Positions 49,144-64,000 of a stretch of 64,000 nucleotides of DNA are shown one piece after another. A program made the position numbers and the translations under genes. The stretch is taken from the NCBI RefSeq assembly GCF_009914755.1, contig NC_060935.1; one strand, written 5' to 3'. A model generated the notes under the pieces. The model did not search any database. It was not told the DNA's origin and saw only the letters and a list, made by a program, of their open reading frames with translations. Source of the DNA: the human T2T-CHM13v2.0 reference genome, Homo sapiens. How positions within the stretch are numbered: position 1 is the stretch's first letter; each line of letters opens with the position of its first letter.

Positions 49144-49590
49144 CACTAGTCCTCTTTTATCTATAGTTTTACCTTCTGTGGTTTCAGTTACCTGTGATCA
49201 ACCATGGTCCAAATACATTAAATGAAAAATTCCAGAAATAATTTATAAGTTTTAAATTATACACCATTCTGAGTAAAATGATGAAATATCACTCTGTTCC
49301 ACTGCATTCCTTCTTCATCACAAGAGTGAGCACAGTACAATATTTTGAGAGAGAATGAGAGACCATGTTCACATAAGTTTTATTACAGTATATCGTTTTA
49401 ATTGTTCTACTTATTATTATGTGCTATTGTTAATCTTTTGCTGTGCCTAATTTATAAGTTAAACTTTATCATAGGTTATTATATATAAGAAAAAAACATA
49501 GTATATGTAGGATTTGTACTGTCTGTGGCTTCAGGTATCCATGGGGGGTGGTCTCAGAATATATCTTTTGTGTATAAAGAGGAAATGCTA
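49144..49590. mobile_element. MER44 DNA transposon
   Basis: Same family as 13237-14243 ('gtggtttcagttacctgtgatcaaccatggtcc'). Confidence 0.85.
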
Positions 49591-51689
49591 TAAATAAATA
49601 TATCACTAAGTAACCAAAAAATAAAATTAAATACAGACATTTAATATTTTTATGGTGTTAAATCTGCCAATATTTTAAAATTTTTTGGATTTCTTTTATA
49701 CCTAGAATGTCTTCGCTACTTAAAGAACAAACAAATGTTCAACTACATTTCCTTCTGTTTTCTATTGTTTCATTTTAGCATCTAATTTCTTAACCCATCT
49801 TGAATTTATTTGGATAAAATGACACAAAAATTGAACAGATTATTTCTCAAATAGCTAAAAAATGGTCTTAACAATGTTTATTGAGTGTTTCTACCTTTTC
49901 TCCCTGATTTGTGATTATATATTAAAAATCTGTATGCAATAGTTCCTGTGTCCTGGTCATATACATCATTTTATTGATTTTTCCATTGATTTTCATATCA
50001 GTTTCATACTGATTAGCTTTATACTGTTTTACTATCTAGTGAGGTTATTACTCTTCTTTTTTCATTTTCTTAAGCTATTTCAGATGAACTTTGGAATCAG
50101 TTTTCAAGATATTTTAAAACACAGTTGGGATTTTGATTGGAACACATTAAGTCTGACAATTAACTTGGAAAGAAATGACACTCCTTAGTAGTCTTTTCAT
50201 TCAGCAACCTGGCTTGTCTACTTATTTAAGTTTCTTGTATATCTGTCAATAGTTTGGTAGATTTTCCCCCACGTCAATATAACCCTGACTTTATCTTATA
50301 TCTTCCTTTTCCTTAGAAGTCTAAATATATTCTGTCTCAGATTCCAATTCTACAATTTATGAAATGTTGAGGCCTTCTCTCAAATACTTTTCTTTGGCAC
50401 CATATGTGTTTTTATAGTCATCTCTGGCTCTGGATCATTTTACCATCTTACTCTGTCTACTCCTATTCTATTTCACATTGACCTGGCTATGGACTTTGGT
50501 CTTATTTCCCATTTGCACATACATATACATACACACACAAATTCATGCATTTACTCACACAAACCTGCTCCCAAAAGGCATCTTAAATTCAAGAGACTTG
50601 GCTAAAAGATTGAAGGGATATGAAATTGAATCTTAAACATCTAGGTTGTTAAAAAAAAACACACATGCACACTTTGGCTATCCTTCCTTGTTTATCAGAC
50701 ATTTCCAATCCCCAAGTGTCTATTTATTATGCAGAACTATCAAAGTAACTTCCCTTACCCTCATGGTTTTTCTTTTCTCTGAAGTGGCTCATGGAGATAT
50801 TTTCTTGAATAAAGATGTTCTGTCCCTAATCTGAGGCCAGATATAGAAATGACATCCCCAGCAATATAGGTTTTCACATTTCTTTTTGGGCTTATCTCCA
50901 TATATTTTATCTCTTTATTTGTTGTTAAGAATGAACATTTTTGTCTTCTTTTAACAAACTGCTGATATGCATGAAACTGTAAAATTGTATGTTTATTTTA
51001 TATCCTGACATTTGTAATTAATATAATTTCCTGTTTCATAATAACTGGATACCTCCTATTTTTGTTTTGTGTCATATTCTAAAATATGGGTTTTGTGTGT
51101 GTGTGTGTGTGTGTATGTGTGTGTGACCATGCTTCTCTTGTATCAAAGATTCTCTAACATTTGTCCTATTGAGGGAAAAGTTGGTGGTTACAGATTGTAG
51201 GGAATGGCTATAAAATTAAGTCCTGTAAGTACTCTCCTGTAGTCTCAAGGTATTACTTAAAATGTTTGTTTTTAAAGCCTCTTTCTGGTGAAAAGACTTC
51301 ACTAATGGGGGTTTCATAGTAACAGTAATAAGCTTTTATTTTTTTTTTTTCTGCTGGGTTTCAAGCACCTGTAAGCTGTCAATCCGTCTTCCAAAGAAAC
51401 AACCTTAAGCATTTATTCCTTCTGTTCAGAGCACTGTTTCTCTAGAGACAGCACCATCATTTCTCACCATACATCCGTAGCATGGGAGTTCCAACACATG
51501 CCTCTTACATGTTCCCTGACCTTGTGATAATTACCTGTCTTAACAATGGTTAAATTTTATGGATAGTAATTTTAAGTGTTATTGTATTTTCTTGTTTCTC
51601 ACTACAGTCTAGCATTAATAGTTAAAATGTAAAGCTTAAAAACTAGTTTAAGAGCCCATGTTTTTTAAGGTCTACTTAAAGTAATGAGT

Positions 51690-53580
51690 AAACTAACAAG
51701 GCAGTGAGGAATTACTGTGCCAAGAACTGGAAAATGTCAAATCTATTTGAAGCTATTTTTTCCCCTAGAGGCATCTACTAATTCCTGAGGTGCTTGCTAA
51801 TAGGCTGAAAAGCTGGTCAGAAGTTTTGGAAGCCTTGTGAGGCTAGAGGCTCAGACATTGGAGTGCACAGACTGCCAATGTATAAAGGCCTAGTGAACAC
51901 GTCTTGTTTGGGATTAAACGTGGAAAGGCTAACATCTATACATAAGGGTGAATAGACTAGAAGTAAATAGGTTTTCAGAAGTAAATAGGTGCTCAGATTT
52001 TAATTATCTCAATGCATGAAACTGCTAGAAACAAATAAAAATCTTTGAGAAAAGAAAACATCCTAGACCTTAATTATTTCTACTTTTTTTAAAAAAAGAT
52101 ATAGTGTGCAGTACATAACTAAAAATAACTAGGAGTGTGAGATAAAGCAAGGTGAACAAAACTCAGGAGAAACCATAGGCAAAAGAAACCATACAGAGAT
52201 TCCAGATGTTTGAATTAACATATAGTCAAACATTAAGATAAACATGCTTACTATATTCAAAGAAATAGAAGACAAAATTAAAAATCCTGGCAAATATATA
52301 GAAAGTATAAAAAGAAATAGCAGATTTGAAAAAGAAAGCTAAATAGAAATTCTACAGCTGAAAAATACATAAGTTGAAATTAAGAACACAATGGATAGAT
52401 TTAACAGTCTGTTGGACACATCTGAAAAAGATAATAGAATGTAAGATAGATTAGTATTAATATCCAGAATGACTCATTGAGAGGCAAAAGCATGGAAAAC
52501 ACAGAAGAGATGCTAAGCAACAGCAGATCCAGCCAGAAATTCTAACACATAATTGGAATCTCAGAAAGACAGGAGAGGTAGAATGGAGAAGAAGCAATAT
52601 TTTAAAAGATATTAAATTTTTTTTTCAAAACTGATAAACAGCATCAACTTGCAAATGGATGAAGCACCATAAAAATTAAGAGAGGTAACATTTAAAGAAC
52701 TCTACCTCTAGCACAAATGAGAAGATTAGTGAACATCAAAGACAAAGACAAAAATGTAATGACATTCAGAGAAAAATGAACCATTTGCTTCACTTGAGTA
52801 ACAGATTGACAGCTGGCATTCAACAATAAAGAAGAAACCAGAAGACAATTGAAATATATATTTAGTGTTCTGAAAAATAATTACTGACAACCAAGATATC
52901 TCTACTAATAAAAAAGGCATCTATACTCAGCAAAATTATTGTTCAAGAATGAAGGTGAAAAAAATTGAAGGCAAAGAAAAACTACATGAATTCATTACTT
53001 CCAGTCTCCCATTAAAGGAAATAATAAAAGAATTCTTTATAATTTTAGGTTGAAGAGATGTAAGAAGTATTGAGGATAACAAAAAGCGTGAGGATGAGAT
53101 AAATAATAATGAATAATGTTTAGCACAATAATAACAGTATCATGTAATTTAAATAAGCAGAGTTAAAGTACCAAAACTATAGTATGTAAGTTGGAAGGCT
53201 GCAAAACTTTTCTAAGGTCACTGCATTATCCAGGAAGAGAGTAAAAATGACAGTTAACATTAAATATGAAGCCCTGATAATTTGACATATTTTAATATTT
53301 AAAATAATTACTAAAATAGAAAACTACTCCAAAAATAAAGGATTAAATGATTAAAATAACCCAATCATTAGAAACCCCAATAACTAAAAAACCCCATGTC
53401 AAGAAGTTAAAAAAAAACAGCAAACTAAACTCAAAAGAAGTAGAAATAATAAAGATAATGCCAGTAAAAATCCTAGTAGAATTTTGGGTGATAATTGAAA
53501 AGCTGATTCTGACACTTATACGGAATTTTAAATAAGCACAGTGTCTTGAAGAGGGAGACAAGATAATTTTCTTTATCAGA
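51690..53580 (+). mobile_element. Old L1M (L1ME-type) 5'/ORF1 region
   Basis: A-rich ORF1 remnants 'gttgaaattaagaacacaatggatagatttaacag', 'caagaatgaaggtgaaa'. Confidence 0.75.
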
Positions 53581-53581
53581 A

Positions 53582-54455
53582 CTGGAAGTGGCACCACTCA
53601 CCATCACTCCTAGTGACCCACTATCAAATTAGTTGCTTCCTGTTCCTGTGACATTAAAACATTACGTTCTGCTGGCCTAGAGGTCTTAGTTTCAGAGGGA
53701 GGAATGCTGCCATTCAGAGACAACAATGATTGCATTACACTGGAAGTTAACATTAACACCTGGACACTTTGGGCTCTTCCTACATCTAAGTCAACAGGCT
53801 AAGAAGGGAGTTAAAGTGTTGGCTGGGATGATTTAACCCAGACTATTAAGATGAAATCAGTCTACTACTCCACAATGGAGGTAAGGAAGAGTATGCCTGG
53901 AATACAGGAGATCCCTTAGGGCATCTCTTGGTATTACCATGTGATTAAGGTCAATGGGGAACTACAACAACCCAATTCAGGCAGGACTACAAATGGCTCA
54001 AACCCTTCAGGGATGAAAATTTGTATCACTCCACCAGGTAAAAAAACTATGACCTGCTGAAGTGCTTGCTGAAGGCAAAGGGAATACAGAATGGATAGTA
54101 GAAGAAGGTAGTCATCAATACCAGCTATGACCAGTTGCAGAAATGACGACTGTAATTGTCATGAGTATTTCCTCCTTATTTTGTTAAGAATAAGTTTGTG
54201 CATGTGTACACTTATACAAGAAAATATCTTTTCCTTTCTTCCTTTATCTTGTGACATAAGATTTATTGACTTTATATCAGCATTTAAGTGTTGTTAACTT
54301 TATGTAATAGCATTTAGGTTGAAGATTAGTGCACTTCTGGTTGTATGAAGGATAGCTGTATTATGTTAGGTGTAATTATGACCTTATTTTTATCTTTGAA
54401 GATTATGTATAATTCCAGGAGATGTGTATGGGTTCCAGTTGACAAGGGGTGGACT
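53582..54455 (+). mobile_element. HERVL internal 3' fragment
   Basis: 'tctgctggcctagaggtcttagtt...ggaatacaggagatcccttagggc'; PPT acaaggggtggact next to the LTR. Confidence 0.9.
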
Positions 54456-54987
54456 TGTGATGGTTAATATCAAGTGTCAACTTGATTGAATTGAAGGATG
54501 CGAAGTATTTTTCCTGGGTGCATCCGTAAGGATGTTGCCAAAGGAGATTAATATTTAAGTCAGTGTGCTGGTTGGACAACATTTAATCAGTTGCCAGCAG
54601 GGCTAGCATAAAGCAGGCAGAAGAAATTGGAAGGACTAGACTTGCTGAGTCTTCCAGCCTTCATCTTTTTTCTTTCTTCCATGCTGGATGCTTCCTGCCC
54701 AAACATCAGACTCCAAGTTCTTCAGCTTTTGGACTCAAACTTACACCAGTGATTTGCAAGGAGCTCTCAGGCCTCTGGCCACAGACTGAAGGCTGCACTC
54801 TCATTTTCCCTACTTTTGAGGTTTTGGGACTTGGACTGGTTTCCTTGCTCCTCAGCTTGCAGACAGCCTATTGTGGGACTTCACCTTGTGATCACATGTG
54901 TCGATTCTCCTTAATAAACTCCTTTGTATATATACATATATCCTATTTTATATATATATATCCCTCTAGAGAACACTTACTAATACA
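54456..54987 (+). mobile_element. MLT2A LTR (HERVL 3' LTR)
   Basis: tgtgatggttaatat...ctaataca. Confidence 0.92.
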
Positions 54988-55820
54988 CCCTGAATGATGG
55001 TTAGGCCAATTAAGAAGGAAATAAAGAAAATTCGTGAAACAAATGAAAATGGAAATACAACATAACAAAACCTATGGGACACAACACAAACAGTGCTAAG
55101 AGGGAATTTTATAGCAATAAACACCTACATCAAAAAAGTATAAAAATTCAAATGAACTAATCATGAATTCAAGGAACTAGAAAAACAAGACGAAGCCAAA
55201 CCCCAAATAGGTAGAAGAAAAGAAATAATAAAGATCAGAGCAGAACTAAACCAAACAGAAACTAAAAAAAAAAAAACAAAAACAAATGAACAATGAAATG
55301 AAAAGTTAGATTTTTGGAAAAGATGAAAAAAGCTGATAACCCCCTAGCTGGGCTAACAAAGGAAAGAAGAGAAAAGACCAAAATAAATGAAAATAGAACC
55401 TAAAAAGTAGACATTACAACTGATGTCTCAGAAATAAAAAATATTATCAGAGACTATTATGATCAACTACATGCTAACAAACTGGAAAACCCAGAGGAAA
55501 TGGATAAATTCCTGGATACAGACTACCTACCAAAATTGAATCAGGAAAACATAGAAAACCTAAACTGACCAATAATGTGAAAAAAAATTAATAACAAAAA
55601 ATCTCCCCCCAAAAAGCCAAGGACTGGATGACTTTACTACTGAATTCAACAAACTAATAAAGAACTGACACCAAGTATCCTTAAACTGTTCCAAAAAAAT
55701 AAAGAGGAAGGAATTCTTTTTAACTCATTCTATAAGGCCCCATTACCTTGATTCCAAAAGTAGACAAGAACACAACAACAACAACAACAAAAACTACAGG
55801 CCAATATCGCTGATGCACAT

Positions 55821-58202
55821 TGTATTAGTCCATTCTCACACTGCTATAAAGTACTACCTGAGACTGAGTAATTTATAAAGAACAGAGGTTTAATTGACTC
55901 ACAGCTCCACATAGCTGGGGATGCCTCAACAAACTTACAATCATGGCAGAAGGTGAAGGGGAAGCAAAGCACATCTTCACATGGCCAGAGCAGGAGAAAG
56001 AGAGCAGACAGTAAATTGCTACACACTTTTAAACAGCCAGATCTTGTGAGAACAGTGTCACAAGAACAGCAAGAGGAAAGTCTGCCCCCATGATTCATTC
56101 GCCCCCTATCAGGCTTCTCATTCCACATGTGGGAGTTACAATTTTTACTTGAGATTTGGGTGGGGACGCAGAGTCAATCCATATCATTCTGCCCCTGGCC
56201 CCTCCCAAATCTCATCTTTTCCTCACATTTCTAAAACCAGCCATGCCTTCCCAACAGTCCCCCAAAGTCTTAACTCATTCCAGTATTAACTCAAAAGTCC
56301 AAGTCCAAAGACTCATTTGAGACAAGGCAAGTTCTTTCTGCCTATGAGCCTGTAAAATCAATGACAAGCTAGTTACTTCCAAGATACAATGGGGGCACAG
56401 ACATTAGGTAAAATGCTTCAGTTCCAAAAGGAAGAAATCAGCCAACACAAAGGGGCTACAGGCCCCATGCAAGTCAGAAACCCAGCAGGGCAGTCATTAA
56501 ATCTTAAAGCTCCAAAATAAGTTCCTTTGACTTCATGTCTCACATCCAGGGCATGCTGATGCAAGGGGTGGGTTTTCATAAACTTGGGCAGCTCCACCTC
56601 TGTGGCTCTGCAGGGTAAATCCCCTGCAACTGCTTTCACAGGCTGGCATTGAGTGCCTGTTGCCTTCAAAGGTGCACAGTGCAAGCTGTTGGTGGATCTA
56701 CCATTCTGGGGTCTGGAGGATGGTGGTGCTCTTCTCACAGCTCCACTAGGCAGTGCTCCAGTGGGGACACTGTGTGGGGACTCCAATCTCACATTTCCTC
56801 TCTGCACTGCCCTAATAGAGGTTCTCCATGAGGGTTCCACCTGTGCAGCAGACTTCTACCTGGACAACCAGGCATTGTCGTACATCATCTGAAATCTAGG
56901 CCGAGGTTTTCAAGACCCAACTCTTGTTTTCTGCACACCTGAAGCCCTAGTACCACATGGAAGCTGCCAAGGCTTGGGGCTTGCACCCTCTGAAGCAACA
57001 GCCCAAGCTGAACCTTGGCCCTTTTTAGCCACAGCTGGAGCTGGAGTAGCTGGGATGCAGGCCACCAGGTCTCAAGGCTGCACAGAGCAGTAGGGCCCTG
57101 GCCCTGGCCCAGGAAACCATTTTTCTCTCCTAGGCTTCCAGGCTTGTGATGGGAGGGTCTGCCTGGAAGGTCTTTGAAATGTCCTGGAGGCATTTTCCCT
57201 ATTGTCTTGGATATTAACATTCAGCTCCTCTTTATTTATGCAAATTTCTGCAGCGGATTTGAATTTCTCCCCAGAAAATGGGGTTTTCTTTTCTACCACA
57301 TGATCAGGCTGCAAATTTTCCAAAGTTTTCTGTTTTGCTTTCCTTTTAAATATGTTATCTTTGTTTGTGCAAAAGAGTGTAGGCTTTTAGAAGCAGCCAG
57401 ACCACATCTTGAACACTTGGCTTCCTAGAAATTTCATCTATCTGATGCCTTAAATAATCTCCCTGAAGTTCAAAGTTCCACAGATTCCTAGAGCTGGAAC
57501 ACAGTGCCACCAGTATCTTTGCTAAAGCACAGCAAGAGTGACTTTTGTTTCAGTTTTCAGTAAATTTCTCATTTCCCTCTGAGACCACTGCAGCTTGGAC
57601 TTCGTTGTCCATATTACTATCAGCATTTTGGTCAAAATCTTTCAAGTCTCTAGGAAGTTCCAAACTTTCCCTCATCTTCCTGTCTTCTTTTGAGCCCTCC
57701 AAACTGTTCTAACCTCTGCCTGTTACCCAGTTCCAAAGTTGCTTCCACATTTTCAGGTATATTTATCGCAATGCCCCACTTCTCTAGTACCAACTTGCTG
57801 TGTTAGTCCATTCTCACACTGCTATAAATAAATGTCTTGTATTAGTTCATTCTCACACTGCTATAAATTACCTGAGACTGAGTAATTCATAAAGAACAGA
57901 GGCTTAATTGACTCACAGTTCCACATGGCTGAGAAGGCCTCAGGAAACTTACAGTTATGATGGAAGGTAAAGGGGAAGCAAGGCATATTTTCACATGTCC
58001 AGAGTGGGAGAAAGAGAACAAATGGTGACGTGCTACACACTTTTAAGCAACCAGATCTCATGAGAACTCCATCATGAGAATAGAAAAAGGGAAGTTTGAC
58101 CCCATGATCAAATCACGCCCCCCCACCAGGCTCCTCATTCCATACATAGGGATTACAATTTTACATGATACTTGAGTGGGAACACAGAGCCAAAGCATAT
58201 CA
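55821..58202 (-). mobile_element. Full MSTA MaLR provirus (LTR 55821-56186, internal, LTR about 57799-58202)
   Basis: Two similar LTRs around the MST internal region; 5-bp TSD cacat/aacat. Confidence 0.93.
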
Positions 58203-58264
58203 AACATAGAAGCAAAAATCCTCAACAAAGTACCAGCAATCTGAAACTAACAATACATCATAAT

Positions 58265-58633
58265 TGATATGGTTTGGCAGTGTCCCCAACCAAATCTCAT
58301 CTTGAATTGTAGTTCTCTAATCCCCATATATCGTGAGAGGGACTCGGTGGGAGGTAATTGAATCATGGGGATGGTTACCCTCATGCTGTTCTCGTGACAG
58401 TGAGTTGTCACAAGATCTGATGATTTTATAAGGAGCTTTCCCCACCTCTTGCTAACACTTCTCCACCCTGCTGCCATGAGGAAGGACATGTATGCTTCCC
58501 CTTCTGCCATGATTGTATGTTTCCTGAGGCATTCCCAGACGTGCTGAACTGTGAGTATATTAAACCTCTTTCCTTTATAAATTACCCAGTCTCGAGTATG
58601 TCTTTATTAGCAGCATGAAAATGGACTAACACC
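58265..58633 (+). mobile_element. THE1 (C-like) solo LTR
   Basis: tgatatggtttggcagtgtcccc...atggactaac; TSD ataat at 58260-58264 and 58634-58638. Confidence 0.93.
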
Positions 58634-61159
58634 ATAATGCTAATACATCATGGTCAAGTTGGATTTACTTCAGGGATACAAGGATGTTTCGACATATACA
58701 AATTAATACATGTGATACATCACATAGAATGAAGGACAAAAACCATATGAAAAAGCATTTGATAAAATCCAACATCCTTTTCTGATAAAATTCTAAACAA
58801 ACTAGGTATAGGAGACATACCTCAACATAATAAAGACCATATATGACAAACCCACAGCTAACATTATACTGAATGTGGAAAATCTGAAAGGCTTTTCTCT
58901 AAAAACTGCAAGTAGACAAGGATACACACTTTCACCAATCCTATTCAACATAGTACTGAAAATCCTAGCCAGAACATCAGGCACTGGAATTAAATAAAAG
59001 GCCACCAAATAGGAAAAGAGGAAGTTAAAATGTCCTTCTTTTCAGATGACACAATCTTATGTTTGGAAGAACCTTATGACTCAACCCAAACTCTTAGATC
59101 TAATAAACAGATTTAGTATGGTTTCATGATGCAAAATCAAAGTACAAAATTCAGTAGCATTTTATACACTAAAAATGAACTAGCTTAAAAAGAAATCAAG
59201 AAAAAATTCCATTCATAGTAGCCCCAAAATAAAATCACTAGAATTAAATTTTACCAGAGATAAATAATTTCTACAAGAAAAACCACAAAACGCTGATGAA
59301 ATAAATGGAAGACACAAACAAATGAAAATGTATTCTATGCTCATTGATTGGAAGCATTAACAAAGTTAAAATTAACATACCACCCAAAGCAATCTACAAA
59401 TTTAATAGAATACCTATGAAAATACCAACAACATTTTTAACAGATTTAGAAAAATCAATTCTAAAATGTGTATGGAACAAAAAATGTGTCCAGATAACCA
59501 AAGTGATCCTGAGCAAAACAAATAAAGCTACAGGCATCACATTCTCTGACTTCAAAATATGTTATAAGGCGCTAGCCAAAATGGCATGGTATTGATATAA
59601 AAACAGACACACAGACCAATGGAGCAGATAGAGGACACAGAAATAAATCCATGTATATACAGCCAACTGATTTTTGACAAAGGCCCCAAGAACATGCACT
59701 GTGAAAGGACACCCTCTTCAATAAATGGTGTTGAGAAAACTGGATATTTCATATGCAGAAAAAATCCATGTGTAGGAGAATGAAACTAGACCCCTACTTC
59801 TTACCATATGTAAAAATGAATTAAAGGCTTAAATGTAAGACCTGAACCTGTAAGTCTACTAGAAGAAAATATAGGGGAAACACTTCTGGACATTGGTCTA
59901 GGCAAAAATTTTATGGCTAAAACTTCAAAAACACAGACAACAAAAACAAAAATAGACAAATGGGATTATATTACACTAAAATTTATCTGCAAAGCAAAGG
60001 AAACAATCAACAGAATAAAGTCTGTAGAACGGCAGGAAAATATTTGTAAACTATTCATCTGACAAGGGACTAATATCTAAATACACAAGGAACTTAACCC
60101 AACAACAAAAACAAAAAGTCCCTTTAAAAAAAGTGGGCAAAATATCTGAAATTTTGTGTATACCTGTTTTTCATATACCTGTTGTCCATTTTTATGTCTT
60201 CTTTTGATATTTCTCAGCTTACTCAACATCACTAAACATCAGGGTAATTCAAATCAAAACTACAATGAGACATCATCCTACATCAGTTAGAATGACTGGT
60301 GTCAAAAAGATTTTTTAAAATAACATGGTGGTGAGGATGTGGAAAAAATGGAACTCTTAAACACTGTTGGTGGGAATGTAAATTAATATAGCTATTATGG
60401 AAAACTGCATGGAGATGTACCAAAAAAAACTAAAAAAAAAAAAAAAAATGGAACTACTATAGAATCCAGCAATCACACTATTGAGTTTTTAATCCTAAGG
60501 AAAGGAAAATCAATATATCAAAGGCATACGTCCGTGTGTATTGCAGCACCATTCATGATAGCAAAGATATGGAATCAAGCTAAGTGTCCATTAGCAGACG
60601 AATAGATAAGGAAAATGTGGTACATATACACAATGGAATACTATTCAGCCATATAAAGACTAAAATAATGTAATTTGCAGCATGTAGATGGAATTGGAAG
60701 TCATTACATTTGGTGATATAAGCCAGACATGGAAAGACAAATACTGCATTTTCTCACTCACGTGGGAGCTAAAAAAAGTTAATCTCATGGAGGCAGAGAG
60801 TAGACTGGTAGTTACCAGTGGCTGGGAAAGGTGTGGGTATGTGTGTGAGAGGGAATGAAGGAAGGTTGATTAATATGTATAAGCATACAGTTAGATAGGG
60901 GGAATAAGTTCTAATGTTCTATAACAGAGTAGGAAGACTATAGTTAACAATAATAACTTGCATATTCCAAAATAGCTGGAATAAAAGACCTTGAAATGTA
61001 CCCAATACATAGACATGATAAATGCTCAAGAAGTTGGATATACTAAATCCTCTGACTTGACCATCACACATTCTATGCATGTAACAAAATATCACATGTG
61101 CCCCATAAATATGCACAAATATTACATATCAATTAAAAATAAATAAAAGGTAAGGCTTA

Positions 61160-61620
61160 AAAAGAATGTTCATATTAGCATTGTGCAAACAACCCCATGT
61201 CTATCATCAATAGAATGTTTAATAAATTGTGGCACATTTATAAAATGGAATGTATGTAGCCATGAACATGAATAAATTACATCTACATGCAACAACATGA
61301 AGCTTTTAAATGTAATGTTGAGTAAAATAACCTGACACAAAAATACACACTCTATAGTTCCATGTGTACAATGTATAAAAATCAAGCAAAACTAAACCAT
61401 AGTGTGGTAGCAGTCAGGGGACAGGTTACTTTCCGGGGGCAAGGAAGTGACTGAGGTAATGATTAAGAGGGGCCATAGGGAAGGTAGGGGACTTCGAGGC
61501 TTCATTGATATTCTGTGTAACCTGCGTGGTAGTAATTACATGGGAATTTGCTTTATATGATGTATTTTTATTTTTATGCACTTTATACATGTATGTTTCT
61601 CCCCCCAATAAAAATGTAAA
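61160..61620 (+). mobile_element. Old L1ME 3' end
   Basis: 'aagaatgttcatattagcattg...aataaattgtggcacattt'. Confidence 0.75.
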
Positions 61621-61714
61621 AACAACATATTTAGAAGAGATGTTTTTGTTTTCATATCTGTTCATGCCTACATTTTTAGAAGAGGGAGGGAAGAATTCCC
61701 TTGGAATGATGAAT

Positions 61715-61887
61715 ATTATTGCTCTGGAGCCAGCGTACCTTCATTTGTATCCTAGCTTCTTCATTTTTGAACTTTGTGATCTTAGAGGGCTAATTATCTT
61801 TTTTTGTGTAGCTCAGTTTCCTTATTTCCATAATGGAAACAATAACAGCACTGCCTCAGTGTTGTGAGGATCAAATGAGTTAATACA
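61715..61887 (+). mobile_element. MIR, cut by Tigger1
   Basis: 'gctctggagccag...ctcagtttccttatttcc...gtgaggatcaaatgag'. Confidence 0.75.
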
Positions 61888-63893
<2,006 letters not shown>

Positions 63894-63894
63894 T

Positions 63895-64000
63895 GGCCGG
63901 GCGCGGTGGCTCACGCCTGTAATCCCAGCACTTTGGGAGGCCGAGGCGGGCGGATCACGAGGTCAGGAGATCGAGACCATCCTGGCTAACACGGTGAAAC
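63895..64000 (+). mobile_element. AluY left arm (runs off the window)
   Basis: Matches AluY consensus with CpGs intact. Confidence 0.97.

Larger units (their letters stand above)
54988..61148 (+). mobile_element. L1MA ORF2-3' UTR with nested MSTA and THE1
   Basis: Collinear L1 ORF2 remnants through '...cacatgtgccccataaatatgcacaaatattac' and A-rich tail. Confidence 0.9.

Noticed and set aside
56418-57428. Cluster of overlapping ORFs
   Set aside because: MSTA internal region

Overview
AT-rich primate (probably human) genomic DNA, mostly interspersed repeats: nested L1PA/L1PB/L1MA/L1MB/L1ME, Alu J/S/Y, L2, L3, MIR, MLT2/HERVL, MST/THE1, MER44 and Tigger1. No intact protein-coding gene is visible; most ORF-track entries are repeat-derived or chance. 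The non-repetitive islands hold what looks like a decayed multi-exon gene. About 13 minus-strand candidate exons with canonical AG/GT boundaries run from 16.9 kb down to 0.9 kb and carry several broken IQ-like motifs. Three plus-strand candidate exons at 31.06-31.95 kb translate to an LRR plus IQ segment resembling the N-terminus of LRRIQ3 (compared from memory, not by search). The best reading is an old unprocessed LRR+multi-IQ pseudogene whose two halves now face opposite ways, implying an intragenic inversion. Other oddities: a 40-bp inverted repeat covering a splice acceptor, a candidate L1PB1 3' transduction, a chimeric L1 junction and a micro-inversion inside an L1. Repeat subfamily names come from recalled consensus sequences and their boundaries are approximate.
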